This document shows positions 27,935 to 42,600 of a DNA stretch of 64,000 nucleotides, one piece after another. This DNA comes from the human T2T-CHM13v2.0 reference genome, Homo sapiens. The stretch lies in the NCBI RefSeq assembly GCF_009914755.1, contig NC_060940.1, one strand, 5' to 3'. Made by a program: the position numbers and the translations under genes. Positions within the stretch are counted from its first letter, which is position 1; every line of letters starts with the position of its first letter. Under the pieces are notes generated by a model. The model made no database searches and was not told the DNA's origin. It saw only the letters and a list, made by a program, of their open reading frames with translations.

Positions 27935-28280
27935 GTCTTTTTAGCATCAGGTGAGCTCCCCAGGTTGGTAGTACTCCATGTTTATTGCTGTACAACAGTG
28001 ACAGGTAATATATGCTGAAGAAATTGGAAACTTAACATTCAAAATCTCCTAGAATCCACATTATATGATATGTCTCTTCAATTGGTCCTAATTTCTACCC
28101 TTTCTCTATTATAAACCATGAGTACAATGGCATTCATTGAGTTCTGTGAGCCTTTCTAGTAAATTGTTGAAACTGAGGGTGTTCAGGGGAAACCCCTGAA
28201 CTGGCAGTTGGTGTCAGAAGTGAGAATCGTCTTATATGGCTTCTTCCTTTGAACTTTGCAGCTTGATGCAAACTCTGCAC
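27935..28280 (+). mobile_element. MER21-family LTR fragment, left arm
   Basis: ggtgagctccccaggttggtagtactccatg...tgagttctgtgagcctttctagtaaatt...ctggcagttggtgtcagaagtgagaat. Confidence 0.65.
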
Positions 28281-28852
28281 AATTTGGGCCAGAAGTCTCG
28301 TGTTGACTTTGCAGCCTAAAGCATCTTGTAGTTTGTCTAACCCTCAATAAATTTGCTTTCATCAAATATTGTATTTGTTACCTCAAAATTACCATCACGT
28401 TTTTTTCTCCAAATAACTAACATTGGGAGAAATAGCCAGCTGAGTCTGTAACTCAACAGAAACAAGTGTTCCATATACCATATACCATATAAGTGACCAT
28501 TTCATTTTGCCTTCTTCCACCAAATCTTAGCAACCTCAACCATTGTCATGAGCCACTGTAGGCCTACCAGCTACAAACAAACAAGTATCTTTTAAAAATA
28601 CTTCATACTCCCATTTGATAAATTTCCCAGCAAAGAGATGCCTACTTTAACTCTATGCAAGTGGCTCATATTCACAAAGTCTGTAGATATTATTCATGTA
28701 GTGTGAGAAAATCATCCCAGCGATGCCAGCACATTCTCCTTCCCATGATCTGCTTAGTTTGCAAACATATTCAGGCCATGGGTGAGAGATTTGTATTTCA
28801 CCATACAACAATTTTATGGAGGGCATTGAAACCTACCTTGAGCATTTTAGTA

Positions 28853-29194
28853 CAGTCACACATCACTGAATGATAGGGATACGTTCTAACAGATGTATCC
28901 ATAGGCAATTTCATCATTTTGTAAACATCACAGAGAATATTACAAACACCTAGATTGTACAGCCTACCACGTCTAGGTTATATGGTATAGCCTCTCTCTC
29001 CCAGGCTACAAATCTGTGTACTACATTACTGTACTGAATACTGCAGGCAATAAGAACACAGTGGTAAGAGGTTATGTATCTAAACATACTTAAATGTAGA
29101 AAAGTATGTAAAAATATGTATTATAATCTCATGGGGCCACTTTTGTATATGTAATCCATCTTTGACTGAAATGTTATTATGCATGACATGACTC
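28853..29194 (-). mobile_element. Tigger3a (TcMar-Tigger MITE), left arm
   Basis: TA-flanked, terminal inverted repeats cagtcacacatc...gcatgacatgactc, internal ctaggttatatggtatagcct...ctaggctaca-like motifs. Confidence 0.88.
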
Positions 29195-30679
29195 TATGAC
29201 AAAAATAAAATAAAACATTGTAAAAAATGTACACAGGTGTCAAACATATTAATATTGTAAAAATAAAAATATTTATTCAGTGTAAGAATCTGTAATTATC
29301 ACAAAATGTTCACAGCTTATATTTTAGTACAGTTTCAAATGCCTAGTGCAATTACTATTTATTTCTGTGTGTATTTTAAGCATGAATATAATAAATATTT
29401 TTCAGATTCAACAATATATATCCATCCAACTAGCTCTTATAAATATTAGTTAAATCAATTAGTAAATTCATATGTATATAAACACACATGTATCAGTCTG
29501 TATGCATATATGTGTGTGTAAATGTAACTGTATGTGTGTGTAAATGTAACTGGATGCATCCTAATATTTACCCTTACCTACAAGATTTCCAAGTTTCATT
29601 TATTATCTTTAGATGATGTGCATTTAAAGATTTACCAAATAAAGCTGTAATCATGGAAAATATCAAGATGTTACTAAATTCATCTTTTGGACATAGTTGT
29701 TTCTTTAAATTTATGTTTCTTGCAAAACTTGTGGTAATGCTCATGCACAAAATAATTGCCTAAATAAAAAATAAAAGCATTTTCTCAGTCATTAATTCTT
29801 AATAATTATTTCTCCCCAATAATTAATGTGAATTAATTCTTAATTCTTAATTATAGAATAATGTTGCCCTTCAGAGTTCTGAATCTTTTGCATGTTGTAT
29901 ACATTTCACTAACTAGAACAACTTCTGGAATATTGGCATTAATTAATGTCACTCAGCAATTAATGATTTCAAAGAAATTAAATACCATTCGTATTCTGAA
30001 TCACAAGGGTACATTGGCATCTAATTTAATCAAGCTCTTTGTATCATCATCTACATTTTAATTACTTAACAAACATTTCTCTGTGTGAGAAAGATGGAGC
30101 ATGTTATTGTGCTTTTTTAAGATGCAACTTTTGCTTCATCTCGAGATAGGCAATGCTCCCTATAAGGGACAAAGAGAAAAATGAAAGAGCAATAGAGATG
30201 TGACAGGCATGGAAAAAGACAATACATTTATAAAACAAATAGGGCCACAGATGATGATAATGGGGATCAAATCTTGAGATACTGACTCAGGTTATAACCA
30301 CACTGTACAATAGAGCAAATCACTTGTTAATATTTTTACAAATGGAATTTAATTTAATTAAGATGAATACATTGTTTTAAACAAGGCAGGTTATTTTAAA
30401 ATAAAATAGTGGAATAAAGTGATAAAACCAATGTTAAAGTCATAAACATTTTAAAAAGAATTTTTGTCATGTAATTTAATATTTTTCTTTATTTAAAATC
30501 ATGCAAATCAAAATAATTTTATCTTAATTAACAAATAATCATCAGAAGTTAACTAACTTTTACTTTATGATACTAGGTTTAAAAATTCTTAACTATATTT
30601 TTAATCATGTGTGTTTATACATAAAATAGACATAGGGTATATGTTTACATGTTCACAATATTATATTGTAATTTTTCCT

Positions 30680-33600
30680 ATGGAATGGAATGGAATCATT
30701 GAATTGAATTGAATGGAATCATCAATGAAGGGAATCGAATGGAATCATCATCAAATGGAATCAAGTGGAATCATCGAAAGGAATCTAACAGAATCATTGA
30801 TGAATGGAATGGAATGGCATCATTGAATGGAATTGAATATAATCACAAATTAACGGAATCTAATGGAAACCTCATCAAATGATTTCAAATGGAATCATAA
30901 AATGGACTCGAATGGAATCATCGGATGGCATTGACTGGAATCATCATCGAAAGGAATCATCGAATAGAATCGAAAGGAATCATCATCAAATGAATTCGAA
31001 TGGAATCATGGAATAGCATCGAATTGAATCATCATCCAATGGAGTCAAATGGAGTGATCTAACGGACACGAATGGAATCATCATCGAATGGAATCAAAAG
31101 GAATCATCATCAAATGGAATCGAATAGAATCATCGTATAATGGCATTGAATGGAATCCTCGAATGGAATAGAATGGAATCATCATAGAATGGAATCAAAT
31201 AGAATCATCGGATAAAATTGAATGGAATAATCATCTAATGGAATCGAATGGAATCATCATCGAAAGGAATCGAACAGAATAATCATCTAATGGAATAGAA
31301 TGGAATCATCATCAAACGGAATTAAATAGAATCATCAAATGAAATTGAATGGAATCATCATCGAATGGAAACGAATGGAATCATCATTGAATGGAATTGA
31401 ATGCAATCTTCAACAAGTGGAAATGCATGGAATCCTCGAATGGAATCTAATGGAATCATCAGCACATGGAACCGAATGGAATCATCATGGAGTGGAATCA
31501 AATAGAATCATCAACGAATGGAATCCAAAGGGATCACTGAATTGAATGGAATGATCATCGAATGGAATCAAAGGGCATCATTGAATGGGATGGAATGGAA
31601 TCATTGTATGGAATCGAATAGAATCTTTGAAAGGATTCGAATGGAATCATCATCGAATGGAATCGAATGGAATCATAGTATGGACTTGAATGGAATCATC
31701 ACCGAATGGAACCAAATGGAAACATCGAATGGACACGAATGAAATCATCATTGAATGGAATCGAATGGTATCATTAAATGGACTCGAATGGAAACATCAT
31801 GCTATGGAATCAGATGGAACCATGGATTGGCAGCGAATTGAATCATCAGTGAATGGAATCTAAGGGAATAATCGAATTTAACCGAATGGAATCATCAAAT
31901 GGACTCGAGTGGAATCATCATCGAATGGAATTGAATGGAATCATCAAATGGACACGAATGGAATCATCTTCGAATGGAATCACATTGAATCATCGAATGG
32001 AATCAAATGGAATCATCATAAAATGCAAACTAATGGAATCATCGAATGGACTCGAATGGAATCATCATCAAATGGAATCGAAAGGAATCATTTAATGGAA
32101 TCGAATTGAATCATCATTGAACGGAATGGAATCATCAAATGGACTCGAATGGAATCATCACCGAATGGAATCGAATGGGATCTTCGAATGGACTCGATTG
32201 AAATCATCATTGAATGCAGTCGAACGGAATCATCATTGAATGGAATTGAATGGAATCATCATCAAATGGAATGGAATGGATTCATCCAATGAAGTAGAAT
32301 TGAATCACCATTGAATGGAATCGAAGAGAATCATCGAATGAAATCGAATGGAATCATCATTGAATGGAATCGAAAGGAATCATCATCGAATGGAATCAAA
32401 TGGAATCATTGATTTGACTCTAATGGAATCATCATGAAATGAAATCGAATGTAATCATTGAATGGCATCAAATAGAATCATTAATGAATGGAATCTAAGG
32501 GAACAATTGAATGGAATCAAAAGGAATCATCAAATAGACTCGAGTGGAAACATCATTAAATGGAATCGAATGGAATCATCGAAAGGACTAGAATGGAATC
32601 ATTATCAAATGGAATCGAATGGAATCATCGAATGGACTCAAATGGAAACATCATCGAATGGCATCGAATGGAATCTTTGAATGCACTCGAATGGAATCAT
32701 TATCAAGGCAATCGAGGGACTCGAATGCAATCATCATCAAATGGAATCGAGTAGAATCATCGAATGGACACGAATGGAATCATCATCAAATGACATCAAA
32801 TGGAATCTTTGAATGCACTCAAATGGAATCATCATTGAATGCAATTGAATGGAATCATCATCAAATGGAATCGAAAGGAATCACCATCAAATGGAATCGA
32901 ATAGAATCATCCAATGTAATAGAATTGAATCATCATAGAATGGAATTGAATAGAATCATCAATGAATTGAATTGAATGGAGAAATTGAATGGAATCCAAT
33001 TTAATCAACATCGAATTGAACCCAATGGAATCATTAAATGGACTCGAATGGAATCATAAAATGGACTCGAATGGAATCATCATTGAATTGAATAGAATGG
33101 TATCATCGAATGCAATCGAATGAAATCATCATCGAATGAAATCAAATGTAATCATCGAATGGACTCAAATAGAATCATCATCAAATGGAATCAAATGGAA
33201 TCATCGAATGGACTCAAATGGAATCATCATCGAATGGAATTGAAAGGAATCATCAAATAGACTTCAATGGAATCTTTGAATGGACTCGAATGGAATCATC
33301 ATGAGATGGAATTGAATGGAATCATCGAATGGACACGAATGGAATCATCATCGAGTGGAATCAAATGGAATCATCATCGAATTGGATCAAATGGAATCAT
33401 CATTGAATGGAATTGAATGGAATCATCAAATGGAATCGAATAGAATCATCATCGAATGGAATCTAATGGCATCATCATCTAATGGAATCTAATGGAATCA
33501 TCAAGGAAAGGAATCGAATGGAGAAATCGAATGGAATCCATTGGAATTATCACCGAATGGAATCGAAGGGAATCATCATAGAATGGAATCAAAAGGGATC

Positions 33601-36600
33601 ATCACGGAATAGAATCAAATGGAATCATCGAATGGAATGGAATGGAATCATCATCGAAAGGAATCGAAGGGAATTATCAAATGGAATCGAGCGTAATCAT
33701 CTAACAGAATCAAATAGAATCATCATCAAATGGACTCGAATTGAACTATCATTGAATGTAATCGAATGGAATCATCGAATGGACTCGAATGGAATAATTG
33801 AATGGATTCCAGTGGAATCATCAAATGGAATCGAATGGAATCAACGAATGGACTCAAATGGAATCATCATCAAATGTAATCGGATGGATTCAATGAAGGG
33901 ACTCAAATGGAATCTTCGAATGGACCTACGTGGAATCATCATCAAATGGAATTGAATGTAATCGTAGAATGGCCTCAAATGGAATCATCATCAAATGGAA
34001 TCAAATGGAATCACTGAATGGAGTCGAATGGAATCATCATCAAATGGAATCAAAGGGAATCATTGAATGCACTCCAACGGAATCATCATCGAATGGAATC
34101 GAATGGAATCATCGAATGGACTAGAAAGGAATCATCATCGAATGAAATTGAGTGCAATCACCGAATGGACATGAATGGGATCATCATCGAATGGAATCAA
34201 ATGGAATCATTGAATTCACTCAAATGGAATCATTATGGAATGGAATTGAAAGCAATAATTGAATGGATTTTAATGGAATTATCGAACAGACACAAATGGA
34301 ATCATAGAATGGACTCAAATAGAATCATCATCGAATGGACTCTAACGGAATGATCGAATGGACTCTAATGGAAACATTGAATGGAAACGAATGGAATCTT
34401 CAATTGGAATCAAGTGGAATTAACAAATGGGCTCAAATGGAAACATCAAATGGACTCGAAAGGAATCATTATCGAATGGAATCGAATGGAATCATCAAAT
34501 GGAATTCATCACAGTCATCATCGCATGGAATCAAATTGAATCATCGAATGGAATTGAATGCAGTCATCATCGAGTGTAATCGAATGGAATCATCATCAAA
34601 TACAATCGAATGGAATCATTGAATGGATTCAGATGGAATCATCGAATGGAATCCAATGGAATCATCATCGAATGGAATTGAATGGAATCATTATCGAATA
34701 GAATCGAATGGAAACACTGAATGGAATCATCATCAAATGGAGGCCAATGGAATCATCGAATTGACTCGAATGAAATCATCGAGTGGAATCAAATGGAATC
34801 ACTGAATGGAATCGAATGGAATCATCATCGAATGGAATCTAATGGTATCATTGGATGCACTCTAATGGAATCATCAGTGAATGAAATCGAATGGTATCCT
34901 CGAATGGAATTGAATGGAGTCACCTTCGTGTGGAATCCACAGGAATCACCAAATGGACTCTAATGGAATAATCATCAAATGCAATCGAGTGGAATCATTG
35001 AATGTACTCAAATGGAATCATCGAATGGAATCGAATGGAATCGTAGAATGGAATTGAATGTAATCATCAAAGAATGGGATCAAATGGAATCATCGAATCG
35101 ACTTGAATGGAATCACCATCGAATGGATTCGAATGGAGTCATCGAGTATACTCGAATAGAATCATCATCGAATGGAAAAGAATGGAATCATCAAATGGAC
35201 ATGAATGGAAACATCGTCGAATTGAATCATATGGAATCATCAAAAGGAATTGTATGGAATCATCATCAAATGGAATCGAATGGAATCATCAAATGGAATC
35301 GAATGGAATCACCAACGAACTGAATCGAATGTTATCATGGAATGGAATTGAAAGGAATCATCTGAAAGTTAAATCTAAAGGAATCACTGACTGGACTCCA
35401 ATGGAATAATCATCGAATGGAATCCAGTGGAATCATCGAATGTACTTGAATGGAATCATCGAATGGACCCAAATGGAATCATCATCAAATGGAATAGAAT
35501 GGAATCATTGAGTAGAATCGAATGGAATCACCATAGAATGCCACCAAAAGGAATCAATGAATGGACTCAAATGGAATCATCATCGAGAGGAATAGAATGG
35601 AATCATCATTGAATTGAATCTAATGGAATCACCATGGAATGGAATCAAATAGAATCATCGAATGGACTCAAATGGAATCATCATCGAATGAAACCAAATG
35701 GAATCATCGAATGAAACAGAATGGAATCGCTGAATGGATTCGAATGGAATCATCATCGAATGGAATTGAATGGAATTGTTGAAGGCACTCGAAAGGAATC
35801 ATCGAATGGACTCGAAAGCAATCATCATCAAGTGCAATCGAATGGAATCATCAAATGGACTCGAAAGGAATCTTTGAATGGACTCGAATGGAATCGTCAT
35901 CGAATGGACTCGAATGGAATCATCGAATGGACTCAAAAACAATCATCATCGAGTGGAATCGAATGAAATCATTGAATGGACTCGAATGCAATCATCGAAT
36001 GGCCTCGAATGAAATCATCATCGAACAGAATCGAATGGAATCATCACATGAACTCGAATGGAATAATCATCGAATGGGATGGAATGGAATCATCGAATGG
36101 AATAAAATGGAATCATCATCAAATGGAATTGAAAGGAATAATTGAATGGACTCAATTGCAATCATCGAATGGACTCAAATAGAATCATCATCAAGCAGAA
36201 TCGAATAGAATCATCAAATGGACTCGAATGGAATCATCATCGAATGGAATCAAATGAAATCATCATCAGATGGAATAGAATGGAATCATCACTGAATGGA
36301 ATCGAATGGAATCATTGAAGGGAATGAGATGGAATCATCGTTGAATGGAATCAAATAGAAGCATCAACTGAAATCGAATGGAATCATCAACGAATGGATT
36401 CAAATGAAATCATCATCAAATGGAGTCGAATGGAATCATCATCTAATGGAATCAAAATGAATCATCTTCGAATGGAATCGAATGGAAACATCATCGAATT
36501 GAATCAAATGGAATCATCATGGAATTGAATTGAATGGCTCATGATCAAATTGAATCAAATGGAATCATCGAATGGAATCATCAAATGGAATCTTCAAATG

Positions 36601-39600
36601 GAATCGAATGGAATCATCATCGAATGGAATCCACTGGAACCATCAAATGAAATGGAATGGAATCATCATCAAAAGAAGTCGAATGGAAACATCAAATGTA
36701 ATCTAATGTAATCATCAATGAAGGGAATCGAAAGGAATCATCATCGAATGGAATCGAATGGAATAATCAACAGGTATAAAATCAAATCATAAAATGGACT
36801 TGAACACAATCATTATAGAATGAAATCGAATAGATTCTTCGCATGGACTCGAATGGAATAATCTTTGAATAGAAACGAATGGAATCATTGAACGGAATTT
36901 AATGGAATCATCATTAAATGAAATCAAATGGAATCATCGAATGCACTCGAAAGAAATCATCAAGTGGAATCGAATGAAATCATGGAATGGACACGAATGG
37001 AATCATCATCGAATGGAATCGAAAGGAAACATTGAATGGACTTGAATGGAATCGAATGGAATGACTGAATGAACATGAATGGAATCATCATCGAATGGAA
37101 TCGAAAGGAATCATCAAATGAAATTGAATGGAATCATCATTGAACGGAGTCGAACGGAATAATTATGGAATGGAATCTAAAGGAATCATCATCGAATGGA
37201 GTTGAATGGAATTATCTAATGCAATCAAATGGAATCATTGACGAACTCAATCGAATGGAGAAATCGAATGGAATCCATTGGAATCTTCATCGAATTGAAC
37301 CGAATGCAGTCATTATCAAATGGAATTGAATGGAATCATCGTCAAATGGAATTGAAAGGAATCATCATCGAATCGAACAGAATGGTATCATCGAATGGAA
37401 TAGAATGGAATCATCATCGAAAGAAATCAAAGGGAATCATCAAATGGAATAGAATGGAATAATCATTGAATGGAATTGAATGGAATCATCGAACAGACTC
37501 GAATGGAATAATCAAATGGACTCGAATGAAATCATCAAATGAAATAGAATGGAATAATCAATTGGACTGGAATAGAATCATCATCAAATGGTATCGGATG
37601 GAATCAATGAAGGGACTCAAATGGCATCATCGAATGGACACGAATGGAATCATCATCGAATGGACACGAATGGAATCATCGAATGGAATCGAAAGGAATG
37701 ATCATGGAATGGAATCATGATTGAATGGAATTGAATGGAATCATCATCGAATGGAATTGAATGGAATCATCAATTAATGGAGTCAAATGGAGTCATTGAA
37801 TGGAGACTTTAGATTCATCATCGAATGGAACTGAATGCAGTCAGCGTCAGATGGAATCAAATGGTGTCATCAAAAGGACTTGATGGAATTATCATCGCAT
37901 GGAACCACATGGAATCATCTAATCAACATGAAAGGAGTTATCTTTCGGTGGAATCAAATGGAATCATCGAATGCACTCAAATGGAATCATCATTGAATGT
38001 AATTGAAAGGAATCATTGAATGGAATTGAATGGAATCATTGAATGTACTCGAATGAAATCATCATCAAATGGAATCAAATGGAATCATCGAATGGACCTT
38101 AATGGAATCATCATCAAATGGAATCGAATGGAATCATCGAATGGAACCGAATGGAATCATCATTGAATGGAATTGAATGGAATCGTCATCGAAAGGAATC
38201 TAATGGAATCATCATTTAATGGAAACGAATGGAATCATCAATGAATGGAATGAAATGGAGAAATTGAATGGGATCCATTGGAATCATCATCAGATGGAAC
38301 TGAATGCAGTCATCAATGAATGCAATTGAGTGGAATCATCAAATGGATTAGAATGAAATCATCATCAAATGGAATTGAATGGAATCATTGAATGGACTAG
38401 AATGAAATGACCATCAAATGGAATCGAATGGAATCTTTGAATGGACACAAATGGAATCATCATTGAATGGAATCGAATGGAATCATTGAATGGCATCCAA
38501 CGGAATCATGATCGAATGGAATCTAATGGCATCATTGAATGGACTCGAATGGAATCATCGATTGGACTTGAGTGGAATCGTCACAGAATGGAATCGAATG
38601 TACACGACGAATGGACTTGAATCATAATCAAATGGAATTTAATTAAATCATAATCGCATGGAATCGAATAGAATCATCACCAAATGGAGTCGAATGGAAT
38701 CATAATTTAATAGAATCGAATGGAATCACCGAATTCAATCAAATGGAATGATCATCGAATGGAATCGAATGGGATCGAATGGAGTCATCGAATGGAATCG
38801 TGTGGAATCATCGAATGGATTTGAATGGAATCATCATCGAATGGAATCGAATGGAATCTTCGAATGGAATCAAATGAAATCATCATCAGATGGAAATGAA
38901 TGGAATCATCACTCAATGGACTTCAATGAAATCATCGAACAGAATCAGATGCAATCATCATCGATTGGAATCAAATAAAAGCATTGAAAGAAATTGAATG
39001 GAATCATCAACGAACGGACACATATGGACTAATCATTGCATGGACTCGAATGGAATCATCGTTGAATGGAATCGAATGGAATCATCATTGAAAGGAATCG
39101 AATGGAAACATCACGGAATTGAATCAAATAGAATCATCATGGAATTGAATCGAATGCCTGATCATCGAATGGAATCGAATGGAAACATCATCAAATGGAA
39201 TCAAATGGAATCTTCATATAGAATCGAATGGAATCATCATAGAATGGAATTGAATGGAACCATTGAATGAAATCGAATGGAATAATCATCGAATGGAGTT
39301 GAATGGAATTAACGAATGGACTCGAATTGAATCAACAAATGGAATCTAGGGGAATCATCATCGAATGGAATCAAATGGAATCATCAAATGAACTCAAATG
39401 GAATCACTGAATTGACTCGAATGAAATCATCAAATGGACTCTATTGGAATCATCATCGTATTGAATCAAATGAAATCATTGAATTGAATCGAATGGAATC
39501 ATGATTGAATGGAATCAAACGGAATCATCATCGAATGGAATCGAAAAGAATCATCACCAAATGGAGTAGAATGGAATCATCATGGATTGGAATCCAAAGG

Positions 39601-42600
39601 AATCAGCAACGAATGGAACTGAATGGAATCATCATCGAATGGAAACAAAAGGAGTCATCGTCGAATGGAATCACATGGAATCAGCATCCAATGGAATTGA
39701 ATGGAATCATCAAATGGAATAGAATGCAGTCCTTATCGAATGGAATTGAATGGAATCATCATTGAATAGAATCAAATGGAATCATCAAATGGAATCGAAA
39801 GGAATCATTGAATGGGCTCAAATTGAATGATCAAATGGAATTGAATAGAATCAGCATCAAACGAAATCGAATAGAATCATTATCAAATCGAATCAAATGG
39901 AAACATTGAATGGAATCATCATCAAATGGAGTCCAATGGAATCATCAAATGGACTCGAATGGAATGATCATAGAATGGAATTGAATGGAATCATCGAATG
40001 GAATCATCATCAAATGGAATCGAATGGTACCATCAAATGCACTCGAATGTAATCATCAATGAATGGTATCAAATGGTATCATCGAATGGACTCGAATGGA
40101 AAAATCTTCAATTGGCTTTGAAATGAATCGCTGAATGGACTCGAATTGAATATTCTTTGAAAGGAATCGAATGGAATCTTCGAATGGAATCAAATGGAAT
40201 CATCATCGAATGGAATCGAATTGAATCATTGAAGGTTCTGGAATGGAATCATCATTGTATGGAATCGAGTGGAATCATCGAATGGAATCGAATAGAAGCA
40301 TCATCGAATGTAATCAAATGGAATCATCATTGAATGGAATCCAAAGGAATAATCATCGAATGGAACCGAATGGGATCATCTTCGAATGGAAGCGAAAGGA
40401 GTCATCATCAAATGGAATCGCAAGGAATCATCATCGAATGAAATCATTATCAAATGGAATCTAATGGAATCATTGAATGGAATTAAATGCAATCATCCTC
40501 AAATGAAATGAATGGAATCATTGAATCGTCTCGAATGGAATCATTATCAAATGGAATCGAAAGGAATCACCGAATAGAATCAAATGGAATAATCATCAAA
40601 TGGACTTAATTGGCATAATCATCATATCGAATTGAACGGAATTATCAGATGGAATTGAATAGAATCATTGAATGGAGTTGAATGGAATCATTGAACGGAC
40701 TCGAATGGAATCATCATTGAATGGTATCGAATGAAATCATTGAATGGACTCGAATGGAATAATCATCAAATGGAATCGAATAGAATCATTATTGGATGGA
40801 AGTGAATGGACTTATCATCGAATGGAATCGAATGGAATCATCAAATGGTGTCAGATGGAATCATCATCGAATGTAATCAAATAGAATCATCGAATGAAAT
40901 CGAATGGAATCATCATCAAATGGACTCGAATGGAATAATCATCCAATGGAATCCAATGGAATCAACATCGAATGGAATCGAATGGAAACACCATCGAATT
41001 GAGTCAAATGGAATCATCGTGGAATTGAAGTGAATGGACTCATCATCAAATGGATTCGAATGGAATCATCAAATGGAATTGATTGGAATCATCATTGAAT
41101 AGAATCAAAAGGAATCATTGAATGGAATCGAATGGAATCATCATCAAATGGAAACGAATGGAATAATCATAGAATGGATTTGAATGGATTGATTGAATGG
41201 AATCAGATGGAAACATCATCGAATGGAATCGAATAGAATCATCGAATATAATAGAATTGAATCATCATCGAATGGACACAAATGAAATCTTCATCGAATG
41301 GACTCGAATGAAATCATAATTCAATGGAATCGAATGGAATATTCGAATAGACATGAAAACAATCATCATTGAAAGGAATCGAATGTAGTCACTGAATAGC
41401 ATCGAATGGGATCATCATCGAATGGAATCTAATGGAATAATCGAATGGACTCGAATTGAATCATCATATGGAGTCGAATGGAATCATCATCAATTGGCAT
41501 TGAAAGGAATCACCGAATGGACTCGAATGGAATAATCATTGAAAGGAATCAGATGGAATCATTGAATCAAATCGAATGGAATCATCATCGAATGGATTCA
41601 AATGGAATCATCGAAAGGACTCGAAAAGAATCATCATCGTATTGAATCGAATGGAATCATTGAATTGAATCGAATGGAATCATCATCAAATGGAATCAAA
41701 TGGAATCATCATTGAAAGGAATCGAAAAGAGTCATCAACAAATGGAGTAGAATGGAATCATCATGGATTGGAATCCAAAGGAATCAGCAACGAATGGAAC
41801 CGAATGGAATCATCATCAAATGGAAACAAAAGGAGTCATCATCAAATGGAATCGCATGGAATCATCATCTAATGGAATTGAATGGAATCATCAAATGGAA
41901 TAGAATGCAGTCCTTATCGAATGGAATTGAATGGAATCATCATTGAATACAATCAAATGGAATCATCAAATGGAATCAAATGGAATCATTGAATGGGCTC
42001 AAATTGAATGATCAAATGGAATTGAATAGAATCAACATCAAACGAAATCGAATAGAATCATTATCAAATCAAATCAAATGGAAACATTGAATGGAATCAT
42101 CATCAAATGGAGTCCAATGGAATCATCAAATGGACTCGAATGGAATGATCATAGAATGGAATTGAATGGAATCTTCGAATGGAATCATCATCAAATGGAA
42201 TCGAATGATATCATCAAATGCACTCGAATGGAATCATCAATGAATGGTATCGAATGGTATCATCGAATGGACTTGAATGGAAAAATCTTCAATTGGCATC
42301 GAATGTACACTAATGGAATCATCATCGAATGTACACTAATGGAATCATCATTGAATGGAATCGATAGGAATCTTCAAATGGTCTCAAATGGAATCAACAT
42401 TGAATGGAATTGAATGGAATAATCGAATAGAAACATCATCGAATGAAATCGAATGGAATCATTGAAAGGAATCGAATGGAATCCTCATTGAACAGAATCA
42501 TCGAATGGAATGGATTGGAATCATCATTGAAGGTAATCGAATATAATCATTGAATGAAATAAAATGGAATCATCATCAAATGGAACCTAATGGAGTCATC

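Larger units (their letters stand above)
25367..30684 (+). repeat. Left arm of inverted segmental duplication
   Basis: Reverse complement of 58515-64000. ORF-track pairs 25402/63774, 27417/61550, 28655/60311 and 29861/59151 give near-identical peptides on opposite strands. Confidence 0.97.

Noticed and set aside
23600-30350. Faint MIR-like segments near 23600-23700 and 30260-30350, and similar MIR/L2 traces near 55700 and 57400
   Set aside because: Similarity too weak to call by eye.
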